64,000 bases of DNA from Ramazzottius varieornatus (lineage: Eukaryota; Animalia; Tardigrada). Under the pieces are notes generated by a model. It was not told the origin of the DNA. It did no database searches and saw nothing but the letters and a program-made list of their open reading frames with translations. This document shows, one piece after another, positions 42,749 through 56,661 of the stretch. The DNA lies in assembly GCA_001949185.1 (NCBI GenBank), contig BDGG01000014.1, positions 837,378 to 901,377 of the forward strand, read 5' to 3'. The stretch's first letter is position 1; each line of letters starts with the position of its first letter. Both the position numbers and the translations under genes were made by a program.

Positions 42749-43951
42749 ATGGCTGATGATGAGGATAACGAGGAGATACAAGAAGGCAGTGAAGTGGAGG
42801 AAGAGGAGCACGAAAGCGAGGCCACGGTGATGAGACAGTTGAAGGAGGCGCTAATCGAAGAGATGCGCAGCCATTCTTCGCTGTATAACAATGCAAGGAA
42901 AACCTTCAAAGATATCAAGATGAAAGCCAACGCTTGGAAGTCAGTCGCGAAAGCCCTGAGTAGGTTCTCGGGCTCCGCGGATGAAGAGGGTGAGTCAACT
43001 GTTTTCTTGTCCATTGATTTTCATGCAGGATTGACGATGAGTTTATAGTCTCTAACGGCACATTCTTTAGCTCAGATGAACAGTTTCGCACCCTGTGTAT
43101 GAAGACTTGGAAGGGCTACGGGAGAGATTCATGAGAGAGCTGAGAGAGGGGAAGAAGAGAAGTGGAGACAAGGGAGAACGGAAGAGGCCTTGGGAGTTTA
43201 TAAATCAGCTTGAATTTATTCAACCTTATGTGTGCACTCGCTCGTAATTATGCTGCTTGAACGGATCCTTCAGTTTGAAAATAAAACTTCTTGTCAATTT
43301 TTTTTATTTACTTACAGGACTAAAGGCAACCTTCTGGTGCCCAAGAAGCTGAAAAACGCTGGAAGCGGACTGACCTCTCAACAGACCCAGCAGAACCAAC
43401 AGACCCAACTTGCTTCTGTCGGGCGGGTGGCAGAATCGGATGCAGATGACGCTGACGTATGTTCGCTGCCAGTTCCAGGCTCTCCATTCAGTCCATCGTG
43501 TTCTGGAAGTCGAAAGAGCGGAAAGGCTGACCATAGTTTCTTCGAAGATTACATCCGTAACGATAAGGAATCTACTGACAGGTTCGCGCAAGTACTTGTC
43601 GCGTCTACCTCCAGCGGAAGCGATGCTTCGCTGGATGAAGTCGATCTTCAAGGTGGGTACCAGTTCGACTTCCGGTGGATTATTCCTGTCATAAGCAATA
43701 TGGTAACAGCTTGTAATTTTGCAGTTCGCGTTTGGGCTTCTTTGATCAAGAAGCATGTCGGAAAGAAAAGCGTCCGGAAGATCCTGCAAGATATGACAAG
43801 CCAGCTCGGATACATGCTAGACGAATCAGAAGCGGAAATGGCCACATCTGCCCAATTATTTTCTAGTCGGTCAATTATCTCAGATAAATACTTGTGTATT
43901 AAATTTGTAATGCACGCCATAATAAATCAGACTGGAAATTTTTCAGAATAA
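42749..43951 (+). pseudogene. Harbinger MADF/Myb-SANT DNA-binding protein, multi-exon, frameshifted
   Basis: LIEEMRSHSSLYN....FKD...K.NAW..VA...C.KTWK[-1]LRERF.RE...W.F..QL.FI; frameshift near 43113. Confidence 0.8.
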
Positions 43952-44082
43952 ACGAAAGAAAGCAACTGGACGTCAGTCTTATCGGAAAATTAGACAAAAC
44001 AAAAAGTTTGAACGACAATGATTACGCGTTTTCCACTTATACGTTCTGCTTGAGAAACAAGACAAAGCTGGAATGTCAGCTA

Positions 44083-44571
<489 letters not shown>

Positions 44572-45968
44572 TCACGGTTTTCTCCCCTTTGACAGACCCC
44601 TGTCAACCTTTGCGTCCTGCCACGGAATCTGTCCTTCTTTGCTCGAAAAGTAGTCTGTGAACATCTGGCGAACATTGCTGGCTTCCTGCGATGATCTGCG
44701 ACTGTAATAAGCTGGTAAAGCTACCAGATTTTTGGTCTGTTCTTCGATCTGCTTCTTCAGTTCCCACTCCTACACTGACTGGTCCAGATCAGGATCGTGT
44801 CTGATCCGCTGAGGAGGAAGATACTTGTCTGCTGGCTTCGCCGTGGCGTCCTTCTGTCTCAGGAAGTTGTGTAAGACAACTGTGGCTAGGATGATTCGCT
44901 CCACTTGTTCCGCACTAGCTTGGATGGTACGACGGTAGATCCTCTAGCGCTGGGCCAGAATACCAAGACATTTTCGACGATCCTTCGTGCACGACACAGA
45001 CGATAATTAAAGTATGTTCAGGATGACTAAGCTTGTCTCCCGGAAATGGACGCATCAGGTTCTTTTTTAGTGGAAAAGCTTGGTCAGCAACGATGACGTA
45101 TGACATCTTCAGGTCCGTAGCTGGCAGATTTCCGTCTTCTGGTAACTCTAGTGTCCCCTCTTCCAGCTTTTGCCCGAGAAGACTAGCAGTGAATGTGCCA
45201 CTGTCACTCTGCTTACCATAGCCACCCACGTCGATAACTGTAAAGTTGTAGTGAGCATCGACAAGAGCGAGAAGAACCATGGAGAAGGGATCCTTGTAGT
45301 TGTGGTACTGAGAACCCGAGTTGTCAAAAGCCTGCACGCGTACATGCTTTCCGTCCAAGGCGCCGACACAGTTAGGGAAATGCCACAGTCTCTGGAATTC
45401 ATCGGCACTGTTCTTGAAGAATTCTTTTGAGGGTGCTGGAAGGTACTCTGGTTGGAGAGCACGATACAAAGCGTCACACGTTTCGTGGAAGATGTCACCC
45501 ACCGTCGTCTTTCCCAGTCTGAAACTTGCAGCCACTGTTGCATACGAATCACCGGTCGCAAGAAGCCCACAAACAATAGCATCACGTCAGTCTTCGTAAT
45601 GCCGGCTCATGAGCGAGTCAAATACCTTAGCGTCACAGCCAGACGTTCCTCAGCGTAGATCGGAAGTCGATGTGTAGTCTTTTGTTGAATGTGTGGCTCC
45701 ACTATCTCTAGTAGTTCGTCAAAGGTCTCCTTGTTCATCCGGAAATACGTGTGGTGCTGTTCCGGATCTTCGCTTCGAATCTCTTGTATCAAAGCATAGA
45801 ATTCTCCCTTCTGTTGGCGATGCAGATTCACAGGGCGAATGTACATGGAACGGGCTTTCTTGGGACGGTACTGCGATATGTAGTATGCCTTGGCCAGTCT
45901 CAAAAGTTTCCACCGTCTAAACATCCAGTACTACAATCCAATCAGACGACCCTGGTTTTTAGACAACA
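44572..45968 (-). pseudogene. Harbinger (DDE_Tnp_4-type) transposase, inactivated
   Basis: YFRMNKETFDELL, RLAVTLR, FPNCVGALDGKH, GKQSDSG, VADQAFP, NYRL.RARRIVEN, LHNFL, YF...G.IPWQ; frameshifts and stops after 45010; intron acceptor apparently mutated (GG). Confidence 0.9.
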
Positions 45969-47444
45969 TTCTCGATCAGAAATCTGAGGATCACAGAGAT
46001 AAAGATCAAAGGGAGAACAATATCATAATTACGACGGAAGGAACGAAAGATCGCGAGCTTGCGACTTCCGTCAGGTTATGGGCCATAATATGACATGACC
46101 TGACATCATATGACCTGACGTGCTGTTTTTGACTTAGCGAAGTATGAACGACAGGCACTTTTTACGGAGAACATGCAAAGACTCAAAACTTTCGAAAAAG
46201 TCCGAAGAAGCTGTCTGCGTCAAAATTCTCGAACGGTTACTCGTCGCACGACTTGGTCGCTTGCTTTTGGTCGTCGTCTTCTGTCGCTCGCCATCTAGTC
46301 CGTGTGCACCTTATGTCTCACTCCGCTAAGTCAAGCTTCACAAATTAACGGTACATCTGTTGTTCACTTTTGTCGCGTCACTGTGACCAAGTGCGGTATG
46401 CGCCCCGCCCAAGACAACTTCCTACCACTCATTATACCAAAGCTGCCGCGACTCCATTCGAGTTCCACTTCAAAACTGCGATTTCTCTTGGTTTAAAATT
46501 CTATTTGCCACTTCCAAGAAATTCACTGGACTGAAATCTATTGCACAAAAAGTCAAGATTGACATTAAACTTGAGGAAGAGCAAAGTGACAAATTCACTA
46601 TCTCGTCGGGCCCCTGTTCGAAAAATTATTTTTTCAGTCTTCCATTGATATCTCGCGGTGTGGCTCTTGAAAAAGATCAAACATCCTCCAAGCGCAAATT
46701 CGTCGTTCTGGAACACTGCTAGAAATTTTTCCCGAAACGAGTTTTCCCGCCAAAACGGAGAAAATTCGACGGTTTTAAATCGTTTGGCGAGTTTGCTCGG
46801 AACTTTCCCGCTCTTTCTCAAGAAACTTTTCGTTTCCTTTGTTGGTTGTAACCACTGTCTTTTGTGATTTAAAATTCTCGTGCTGTGATGAACTGCCGTT
46901 TCGTGCGTATCCGGAATGTGAATTTCGTCAAGCAAAAAACCTGAGGGAAAATTCCTAAACTATACTTACCCTTAACAGGCGTGCCGCAGTTGGGGAATGG
47001 CAATGATAAGCCTGACGTCACGGCCCAAACCGCCGTGTCAGCAGTGTACGTACTCTGTCCCCATGGAGCCGTAACGCAGGCGAACTCGAATTGGCCTGAA
47101 TTCGCCGACTAGACTACGAGCCGTCAGTCACATGACGGGCAGTACATGGCGGTGTCAATTTATTTCCGCAGAGGATGTTGGGCTGCAGCACGGCTGACTC
47201 ATAGGCCCTTGTTCCATATCACACTGGATTCTGCTCTATGGCAAAACGATATTGGTCTTAAATTACAGATTACTGGGATCAGTACTGCAACAGCGGATTA
47301 TTCGTCACCTGCACTAGCGGAAGTCTCTATATATGGTCCAATGAAATGCGGTTGTTTTGGCGCAGGAATTTTACTGTAACAATCGAATATCATTACGCAA
47401 ACTACGGTACCCCCTGCTAGCGCCTTCGTGGCAACAAAGAACTA

Positions 47445-47810
47445 CGAGAAGAACGTAGCGGACTTGTCGATGCAAAATCGCATGGCGAACTTGTCAGCCT
47501 TAAGGCCGCGCGGTGGCAACACGTCCTATTGCCTTACCTCCCACAACTTGACGAAACGCGACACGCACGCCCCAAGCTGCTCTCGGAAAAAACTTCCCAC
47601 AGGCTTTTTTACACTGGAGAATTCTCTCTTCCTGTCAGACTCGACAAGAGTCTCTCTGTATTCACCTTAGCTTCTGGACCAGTGCGGCTAGATTCCGCAA
47701 GGTTTCTAAAGAACCGAGAAGCAAGCAAAACAACCCAGTACTTCGTCAGATCCGACGCTGACAAGTTCGCCTTGCGATTTTGCATTGACAAGTCCGCTAT
47801 GTTCTCCTCG
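47445..47810. mobile_element. Mariner-type MITE, 366 bp, ~54-bp TIRs, TA target-site duplication
   Basis: CGAGAAGAACGTAGCGGACTTGTCGATGCAAAATCGCATGGCGAACTTGTCAGC vs the reverse complement of the right end (4 mismatches); TA flanks. Confidence 0.85.
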
Positions 47811-49545
47811 TAGCCATCCATTTCCATATTACGTAAGCGGAGAACCATGCTTATCATCTCTATCAACTCTGATAACTATTGCTGTTTACTTCAGCCAAGG
47901 CGACCCGGGATCCTTTATGTTGATGTACCATGGAGTGGATCGTGAACTAGCAAAAAACATATCAGGGCGACTCGTTACGAGGTGAATACGCAGACCAGAC
48001 GGATCGAGCAGAAAAATTAGCATGATTTAGTGATTTTTGGAAACTGTAGCGTCAGCTCACTGCAGTAGAGCTGAAAGAAACCGTTCTGCGTAACATTTTT
48101 GTGACTATCTTCGAATTCAAGGTGTCGCAGTCAACCTGCTCTATCATACGATGACGTAACCATGACGGTACGGAGCCCGGCTACAGCCAATGGCTTTTTC
48201 AGTACGCTTATTGATGGGCTATGTAAGGTAGAATCCTCCTTTTTTTCTAACGATCATTTGCACCCACGGTCATCGAAATCTACAAAATGTTTTCGTGACT
48301 AGCAGAAACGGTTGCTGACACCTGAACAGCATGAAGGATGCAAATTCTCATACTAGTTACAGAAAACAAAACGTAATCTAAACCATGATTAGAAGTCTGC
48401 TGGGACCATTTCATGTCGTTGACCTCGTACTGATCACAGCTAGTAATCCCGTGAGATCGGTCGCCCAAGTTTTGTCGACTTATGAACCCCGTCCGCGACT
48501 GATGATTTATCTCGACCCTCCCCGCGAAGTACAGTGGGTAGACCTTCATGCCGATTTTATAAACCCGCCGATAAGTAAGGCTTCCTCTTTCTGTTCTAAT
48601 CTCATCAACAAGTCACTAAACATATAAAAGTCACCTTATGCATATGGTCGTAGTAGCCATCGCCAGCTTAATTCATGAGGCCCAATGCTGTTCAAATCTG
48701 AGATCAGATAAACTCAAGCACGTTGATACGGTTCTGGATTGACGAGTAACCTTGTCTTTGCTCAAAAATGGCGAAAATAACGGTTATCGTTTCAGCTCCG
48801 AATGAGGATAATGACGATCAGCCTATGGAGGACCGAAATTACTTTCTGTCCTGTATACGCCTAGGACTGTTCTCGACCGAGAACGGCGCAGCCGGGACTT
48901 CAGAGAACCTCCAGAGCTCACTAACGCACGTCCGTCCGTCCTCAAAATTCAGGCCAGGGTCCCAGCTAGCTTGTAAGAGGGAAAGAATTGGGGCTCTGAA
49001 AGGGCCCTTGTTATTCAATAAAAGGTATCCCATCCAGGTTGGGTTGGTCCTTTGGGTTAGTGCTGTTGTGAGAACTGTTGGCGCCGTCAAAGACCATTAG
49101 ACTGAACTCATTCCCCGGTACACCTCTTTGGCTGTGCTCAACTCAGATTTTCCGGCGCCGATCTGTCAATTTCCTTCTATGGGGGCCAGGGTGATCGTAC
49201 TTGCATATTAAATCCAAGCTCTTAAGCATCTGATCCATTATGAATTGTCAAGCATGAACGAGCCGGGTTCCATCTACTTAGTTTGTCCCTTGAGAACTGA
49301 CCGCCGTATACCGTCAGGTGAAGTGATTAGTGGCAAGTGTGCCGAGATCACAACAGTGGTTTGTACAAGCAACCTTTTTCGCAGTTTAATCTGGATTATA
49401 TAAGTGTTGGTGAAACGCCGACTGCTTGACAAAAAACTAGATGCTCATCTTGCGGTGAAAAGTTCTTTGTTGAAATGTACGCGCTGTGCCAACTTGAGTG
49501 CGGAAGTTGCGTCACCGACTTAGGCGACAGTATAAATTTGGCAAA

Positions 49546-50619
49546 ATGGTAAACCTATCTACAAGCCACGGTTACGAGACAAATGGCACTTTGCACTTCA
49601 ACAAGAGTACCACCCTCTACCAAAGAGAGTATCCATGGATCTGGAACTTTGCTAACATCTTCCAGCTGGGCGGCAAACTTTTCGCTCTGATCTTCAACGG
49701 TCTTCTCCTCCTCTTCTGCAAGTGTCGCACCGTTCGAAACCCATTCAACCTCTACGTTCTCAACCTCACTTTGGCCAACTTGTCCAGCATCGTGGTGATG
49801 TATCCCTACCAAGTCTTCGATCAACTAAACCGAACGTACTTCTCGTCCGTATTTCGTTGTTTCTTTTACCGTTACCTGACCTACACGATACCCGGCTGGA
49901 TTCACAACGCCCATCGACTCATTGCCCTCAACCGATTGTGGGCTCTCGTCTTCCCCATATCCTACCGCAACTACGGCCAAGCACACTTCGCTACTCGACC
50001 CCTCTTTGTCTGTTGCGCAATGCTTGTTTACCTGCACGCTGTCTTGGTACCAGTGTTGATTGCCGACTACATGATACCTCGCTTTCCGCTTTAGAACTAC
50101 CACTGCGCCATCTCGGCCAGCACTCAACCAGCTTGGCTTGCTGCTACCCAGATGTGCATTCACAACCTGCCGATCATCGTCATCCTGATGGTATATCCCT
50201 TCATCTTGGTCAAAATGATGCCAAGACCTCGAAAGACTAAACAGAAGACAGGCACGACCAAGACGACGACGTCGAACCGGACGGTTTCTGCAGAGGATGC
50301 GCTGACGGTTGCGCCGAAAGCAAGTATCAATCATTCGACTAACAAAATGGCCACTGCGGACAATAAGCTTGGACGTTGGAGGATGATGTGCGGCAACGGC
50401 TTCTTGACGTTGACCTTCATGTGTCTGGTGGTGTTGGTGACATTACTGCCCGCCCAGCTCTTCTATTCGTCGCTGGCTTTTCGCTTGAATATTTACATCA
50501 ACGTCGGCGTGACTAATTTCCTGTATGGTCTCATGGGTCTCTGCGACCCGGTGGCCTTTCTGCTAACTGTCAAAAATCTTCGAGAAGCGATGGGAAAGCT
50601 CTTCAAATGTCAACGGTGA
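49546..50619 (+). pseudogene. Class A GPCR with a single in-frame TAG at 50092-50094
   Basis: NPFNLYVLNLTLANL, IALNRLWAL, CDPVAF; ORFs 49498-50094 and 50152-50619 are in the same frame. Confidence 0.8.
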
Positions 50620-51260
50620 AGCTAAAGAGCACGCAGCAACACCTGATTTATTGAGAACGATGAGGTGAATACAATGAACCTACTTCACTAACAGGATGTT
50701 TACCTGGGGAAGCGACGGACACAAACCCAGTTTCACCACAGACGCCGCCGTAAACATGCATTCATGCCGCACTTCGAGGTTTGTGTACTAGCTGAATAAA
50801 TACAATACAATACAATACTTCGCCGATTGACATCCAAGCTGGTTTCCCTTTGGATTCCGAATGCAAATAGCCACAAGAGTCCTTTCTTTGGATAAAGATC
50901 TACAGCTCAGGAATGGTGCCATGTGAAAAGAATTACTCAGTCGGATAGCACCATTGCTTTTTTTGCAACCTCAGCGAGACGAACCGTTGGAAAAAGCACA
51001 TCTATTAAATCACCTGTGGTGCAACCAGCTAGTAACGTTTTCGGCTTTGTCCGTGTCGCACAATGGCTAGCCTCGTTGTTTTGCAAACGAAAGAGGGTAA
51101 TGAAACAACCATAGGATATCCGTTGACTTACTGTGGGCAAAGCTAAAACCTCCAGTGCATAAATCCATCGTCAATACGACTGCGAAAACATCCGCGGTTG
51201 GCTGAGGCTGTGTTCGGCAAACCAGCGCTGGTTCGATTATACAGTAGATGCAAGCCAAAC

Positions 51261-53874
51261 ATGGCGAATATCAGTGGTTCGAATGTGCCCGGGACAACTT
51301 TATTTCCGATTATTACCCTCCTCGTGGTGGGACATGATCAGCAAGGATGTTATGCTTCAGCTTACAAAATGGCAGTATCAGAAACAAATCTTCTGTATGG
51401 CGATCGTCTGCGCTTTGAACTGTCCACGATTGTTCGGCCAGATTTCTTGTCGTGTGCCACCGCAGCGGCCAACGTTGTGGACGTGGTTACCGCATTCTAC
51501 TATCGTGGAGACTATCCGTCTTCACAGAAACCGCTCATCTCGGTGTTCCCAAGTAAGTTGACCTACAGTGTACACTGCAACTGTAAAGTCGTTCTTCGTC
51601 CATTTCCCAAAGGTCTTTTCCGCAGGCTGCGTACCCGTAGTGTCGGAAATGGGACCCATCATGGCGGGTAAGGGTCGAATACAGTACTACCGTTGGCGAA
51701 CACAGAATGCATGCCGATTCCGTTGTGTGGAACTTTTAACGTTCGTGAAAAAAAAGATGGCGGAAAACCGTTTCTACCATTACTTGCAGAATGGAACCAT
51801 CTGTTTATTACGGCGTAAGCATGTTTGTCTTCAGATCGATCTATCAATAAGAAGTATGACAAGTACGGTGAACTAAAACTAGTGGTGACTTTTGTTATGC
51901 GGCCTTCACGATTGTAGAAGCGGTAGCGGGGAAGCTCTAAGGAACAAGGAAAAATATCCTACCGTCGTCTCAACGGCTCCTACCGATAATTCGGGCTTCA
52001 CGTCTTTCTTCAAAGCAATCTTGCTCACCTTCAGTTGGAAGACTGTATTCTTGTTGTGCGATACTAATGATGAAGTTACGTCATTCTACGTCGCTACTTG
52101 TGGCAGTGTGAAACGGTTGCTGAAAGGCAGCATACCACCGTTTTCCTTACACGACGGTACATTCAACAGTGCTCTAGTCCGGGAACCCGATCTGGCTGGA
52201 CTGCTGAGAATGACGTCGTCTCGAGCAAGAGGTACTCTACGCAACGCTGACCCTAATGCCCTGATCACCCCTTAATGCAGACTGGATGGGAGCTGGGCGG
52301 ATCGGGAAGAGGCTGGCTCAGATCCTCATCTCAAGTGGCGCATGACTTCGCTGTTATTGATGCAAAGCCTGCGCCACTTGCAAATCCTGTACGACCTGGT
52401 TCAGTTCACCTACCGAGCTGATGGCAGCTCCCAAATGACAACATTTTCCAAGCGGACTGTAACTGGATATCCTCTGCCCACAGTGCTATTTCTCTTCGGG
52501 AACTCTGCTAGCACTCGCCAATTTATGGTAACGACAATAGTGGACAGCGTCCATTTTTCCACGGCGCAAAAATGACAGCATCTTTATTCCTAGGTCGAAG
52601 CGCACAAGTTGAACATGACCAGCGGCGACCACGTGAGCAAGATCGAGAATTTTGAGCGACCATGATGATCGGACTTAAGTATACCACTTTCTGCCTCATA
52701 TCTAGGTGTACTTCTTTCCGCAACCCTTCAAATCAGAAGAAATTTTCCCGGAGCTTACCTGGAAACTTCACCGATCTGATGATGACGTGAGTGCTGCAGA
52801 AAGCTTTTATTTGCTCAGCCGGCAAAACCCGGTTGATACTACGCCATCACTTCGTTTAGGTCGCACGACAAGCATTTCGGAGTGTGTTTTACATAGCGGC
52901 AGAAACGCTGTTTAACAGAGTTCCGCTTGGTAGACAGAAGGAACTTTCATGTATTACAAGTAACACAATATGTCACAGCTCGGATGGGGTAAGTCGGTGG
53001 GGCTGGAGCTTAACATACGAGGCCGGATGATGCAGTGCTGAGGATATTTCCAGGTTGCTGTGGATGCCTTGACGACTTATGAATCTGTCCATCTCATTGC
53101 AAAGATACCATATTACTGAATGCGTTTTTGCTCTTGCGAAACATTCGAACACTGTCCACATTGTGGTCTCCTGCGATACGTTGACCAGTGCTGAATTCAG
53201 CGATATTCAGCGCCTTTTGAATCTTGTCATAGTTGGTGCATGGTCCTCTCGCCAAAAACCCCGCGAGGACAGCTGCTGACGCGTTGAGCGGGTCCAACTT
53301 GGTCCACGAACTGCAGTCTCGTACAATCAACACGTCGCTAGAGAGTTTCACGTTCGACAAAGATAGTTTCAGGCAGGCGAATTTATTGATAAAGCAGTTT
53401 AACGAGACAACTGGGCAGTTTGAAGTTAGTACCTAGTGGAAGTATCCAGGCAAACGATGCAGAATCAATTCTCTAGTTCTTAGAAACTCATTGTGATGTA
53501 ATTCATTTCTGTATTGGAGGACATCGGTTACTTTCGAGGAGGCGATCAGATAGTTGTCTTTCCCTTTGGGCGGAATCTGACGTGGTTCGGTGGATCACTA
53601 CCAAGCGACGAACCAATCTGCGGCTTTAACGATAGCGGTGCACGGTGTCGAACCACCAATGGCACCGTTTCTCTTGGACTCGTGCTTGGACTCGTCCTGT
53701 TTATCATATTGGTCATGGCCGCCTTATTGTTCCGGTAAGAATAGGCAAATGAAAACAGCATGTTTTGCTGTACTGTACTTGTGGTGGTTTTCTAGGCTTA
53801 TTCAAACAGGCGGAACGCTCAGCACCGACCACTCTGGGGCAATGTTTGTCGCTTTAGCAGATTTGGTTCTTTAG
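51261..53874 (+). CDS. ANF-receptor-type (receptor guanylate cyclase ectodomain) membrane protein, multi-exon, no cyclase seen
   Basis: LRNKEKYPTVVS, FSWKTVFLLCD, W.GG.LPSDEPICGF....C followed by a TM (LGLVLGLVLFIILVMAALLF); exon edges approximate. Confidence 0.7.
52321..52380. repeat. Fixed-spacer palindrome unit (intronic)
   Basis: GATC-N7-CAAGTGGCGCA-N27-TGCGCCACTTG with perfect 11-bp arms. Confidence 0.85.
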
Positions 53875-54981
53875 CCTTGTGGGCACCGCGCAACCTGGAT
53901 GTGCTGTATGACTTTCCATTATTGTGAAGACTTTTCGAGCTGCACTCTAAGATTTCACACACAAGGAAGATTCAAGCCAAAAGAAAAAACACCAACCCCA
54001 ATCTGCTGCGGATTCTTTCTGCTCAAAACAGGCTGACAAGGACAATACGCAAGACTGGTCGGATATTTGAGCGACTAAGACGTTAGATTACCGTAGAAAG
54101 TCATGCAGAAGCAATTATGCATCGTTTTCCCACTGGCGATTTCACTCGCAGAGCCGAAGCTGGGTACCGAAGGTGCTTCACGCCCGACACCGGATATATA
54201 TCAGACTGTTTCTGCCGATAAGTCCGTCTGCCGGTCGTAGGTATGTAGTGCTGGAAAGCGTGGCATCTGAACGCTTTGGAAGTTTGCTGCTGAGTCTACA
54301 GTCACTCGTTAAGCTATCAGTACCCACCTTGCACAAAACTTCTGAAGGGCTGTGCCGCTTTATGACAGCATTATCTGGTGAACAAGTGGAGACAGCTTGT
54401 GTCCTGTCCGTTCAGTCCCTGTCCCTCGGTATGGCGGCGTTCCCGCAAAGTATCCCCTGGATAAAGCATCAAGCTAGGGCAGTACGGCTGTGCCGAACGC
54501 AATGCTGATCCTGTCGAGGTCACGAGAGTACAGAGCATTATTGCCTGCACAATAAGCATCTTTCGGACCGATGCAGACGAGAAGCCCAGTCAGTCATCAA
54601 TCTCCATTTTTCACACCGTTCGACAACCTTCGCTGGAAATTCATCACACATAAGAAAGCGCACAGAGGTGTTCACTCTTCTCATTTCAAAACGAAAATCT
54701 AGTAAAGTTTCCCTGCATGGTTAAAGTTCGAGCGAATCCCAGGTGAATCGGGCCCGGGGCTGTTTTTGTCGGGGATCCTTGTCCAAACAACCTGCGTACG
54801 TACCTCGCAGAGGACGACTGCGAAATGTCTCCTCCATACGCCGTACCAAAAACATCGCCTATTGTGGAGTACACGAAAGAAATCCACAAATTACACAGTG
54901 TTCAATGAAAGAAAACGTCTAGACGATACGAATGCACTCGTACAAAAATCTTTCCAGCAAAAATTAAAGGCATAGGAAATG

Positions 54982-56093
54982 GACTTCACAGTTACATTCG
55001 AATGTAACATTGAAGTTACTAATAAAGGGATGGTGACGTAGGACTTCTTGACGTCAGAAAGACCACCGATCGCTCAAACTGTTCGGTGCTTTTAACCGAG
55101 CGACTGAAGCTGTTCAGGTTTCTCCGGAATTTTCTGCGGATCTTCGCAGGTCTTCATTTTTCGCCACTCAGGTCAATTCTGACCAAACTCTGATCTCAAG
55201 TACCAGAGGATCAACCCGTTACGCAGCTGCAGGGATAAGAGAAGAAGAACCGGACATTGCGCTTCATCCGCACAGTCTCCCACTTTAACATATGAGACGA
55301 AAGTTCAGGTCAGTTTGCGTCTGATCATCTACTCTACGACCAGAATCCCTGTTTATTCCCAGGTACGTCTCTGTCGGTGAGCGTTCATGCCATGATTCAG
55401 TAATGTCTCATTCATGCTGCATTTGAATCCTGAGCAATGAACGGTGTCTTTGTGGTTGCAGGCACGAGATGGAAGTCCAGCTGATCCTGACGCGATGTCG
55501 CTGACAACTCGTTCAGCTGTCTTGTTTCTTTATATTTTTCGCCACCTTCACTGTGACAGATGTGTTGACTGGAGTTCCGGTCATTTGTCTTTGCTTTTCT
55601 GGGGGTGATTCCCGTTTGGCGCTCTGTCTTCCCTGTTAGCCATTTTTACTCTTTCATGCGTCCTGTGGTTGATTGGCTAGTCAGTTTGATTTGACGAGAC
55701 CTGTTGATTGTTGATTGACAGAAATAAAATTGACCAGTCCGCGAATTCAGTTCAGTCGGCCGACCAATTACATCTTTTGGGCCCGCCTGCGGGAGAATAC
55801 GGAATGAGCGGAGCTTTTAACTTTAATATGCGATACATCCGACAATGAGCGAACGAACGGCGCTGGTCCGCTCGGAGAGCGGCGCTCGCCGTGGAATAGT
55901 TGGGGGTGGAGTCTCTACCGTTCAAAGGCAAAGAATATCGCTTTTTTAATGGCTTAAAGCACCCGTGAATGGAAGACGATTCTACCCAATCGTCGCTGGT
56001 GATAAGGCTTCGTTTAGTCTGACATACAAAATGCATTCGGCAGGTGGAAATTTTGCATTTATAGTGACTTCAGTGTTAACTATGAAGTCACTA
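54982..56093. repeat. Segment bounded by two related, inverted, self-palindromic ends
   Basis: ACTTCAcaGTTACATTCGAATGTAACatTGAAGT (54983-55016) and TAGTGACTTCAgtGTTAACtaTGAAGTCACTA (56062-56093). Confidence 0.5.
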
Positions 56094-56661
56094 CAATTAG
56101 ATAATTATTGTTGATGACAATAAGTGTTGTTAATGTGGTAGTCGATAAGCCTTCCCTCACGTTCAAGCTCATGGGCGGACTTGACGTAGGCTGGTCAATA
56201 CATGCGGCTTCCGCCCTTATGCACAGTGTTCTCCTCAATGGCATTTCTGTCCTGACCATTCGCCATGTCCGGCTGTGGGCTCCTCCCGTATAACATGGCC
56301 GTATGAACTACATGTTCTATCTCCGAAAGTTCTCTCCAGAAGATGTTCTCGATTGATAACTTCAGTTTCGCTCTTTGCATCGCGCGAACTTCTTACTCTC
56401 TTCCTTCCAACCGGTCACAGCAGTGCACGTTTGACCGATACACGCCGCCTATGCTGAGTGGTTATCCACATCGAAGCTAGGCTCGGCCACGACGTCGGGT
56501 CAGGTTACATCTCGCCAGTTGATCTTAATGTTCTTAACGTGTCCGCATTTTGTCGCGGTTGATCGGTTACCATCTTGCGTGTGATCGTTTTTCGCTCTGG
56601 ATTACTTAGAATATCCCCATTATTCTTATATTACTTGACATTTATCGCCGCATCCCACACC

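Noticed and set aside
50799-50818. (AATAC)4 microsatellite, and a 17-bp duplication near 13958
   Set aside because: Trivial simple repeats
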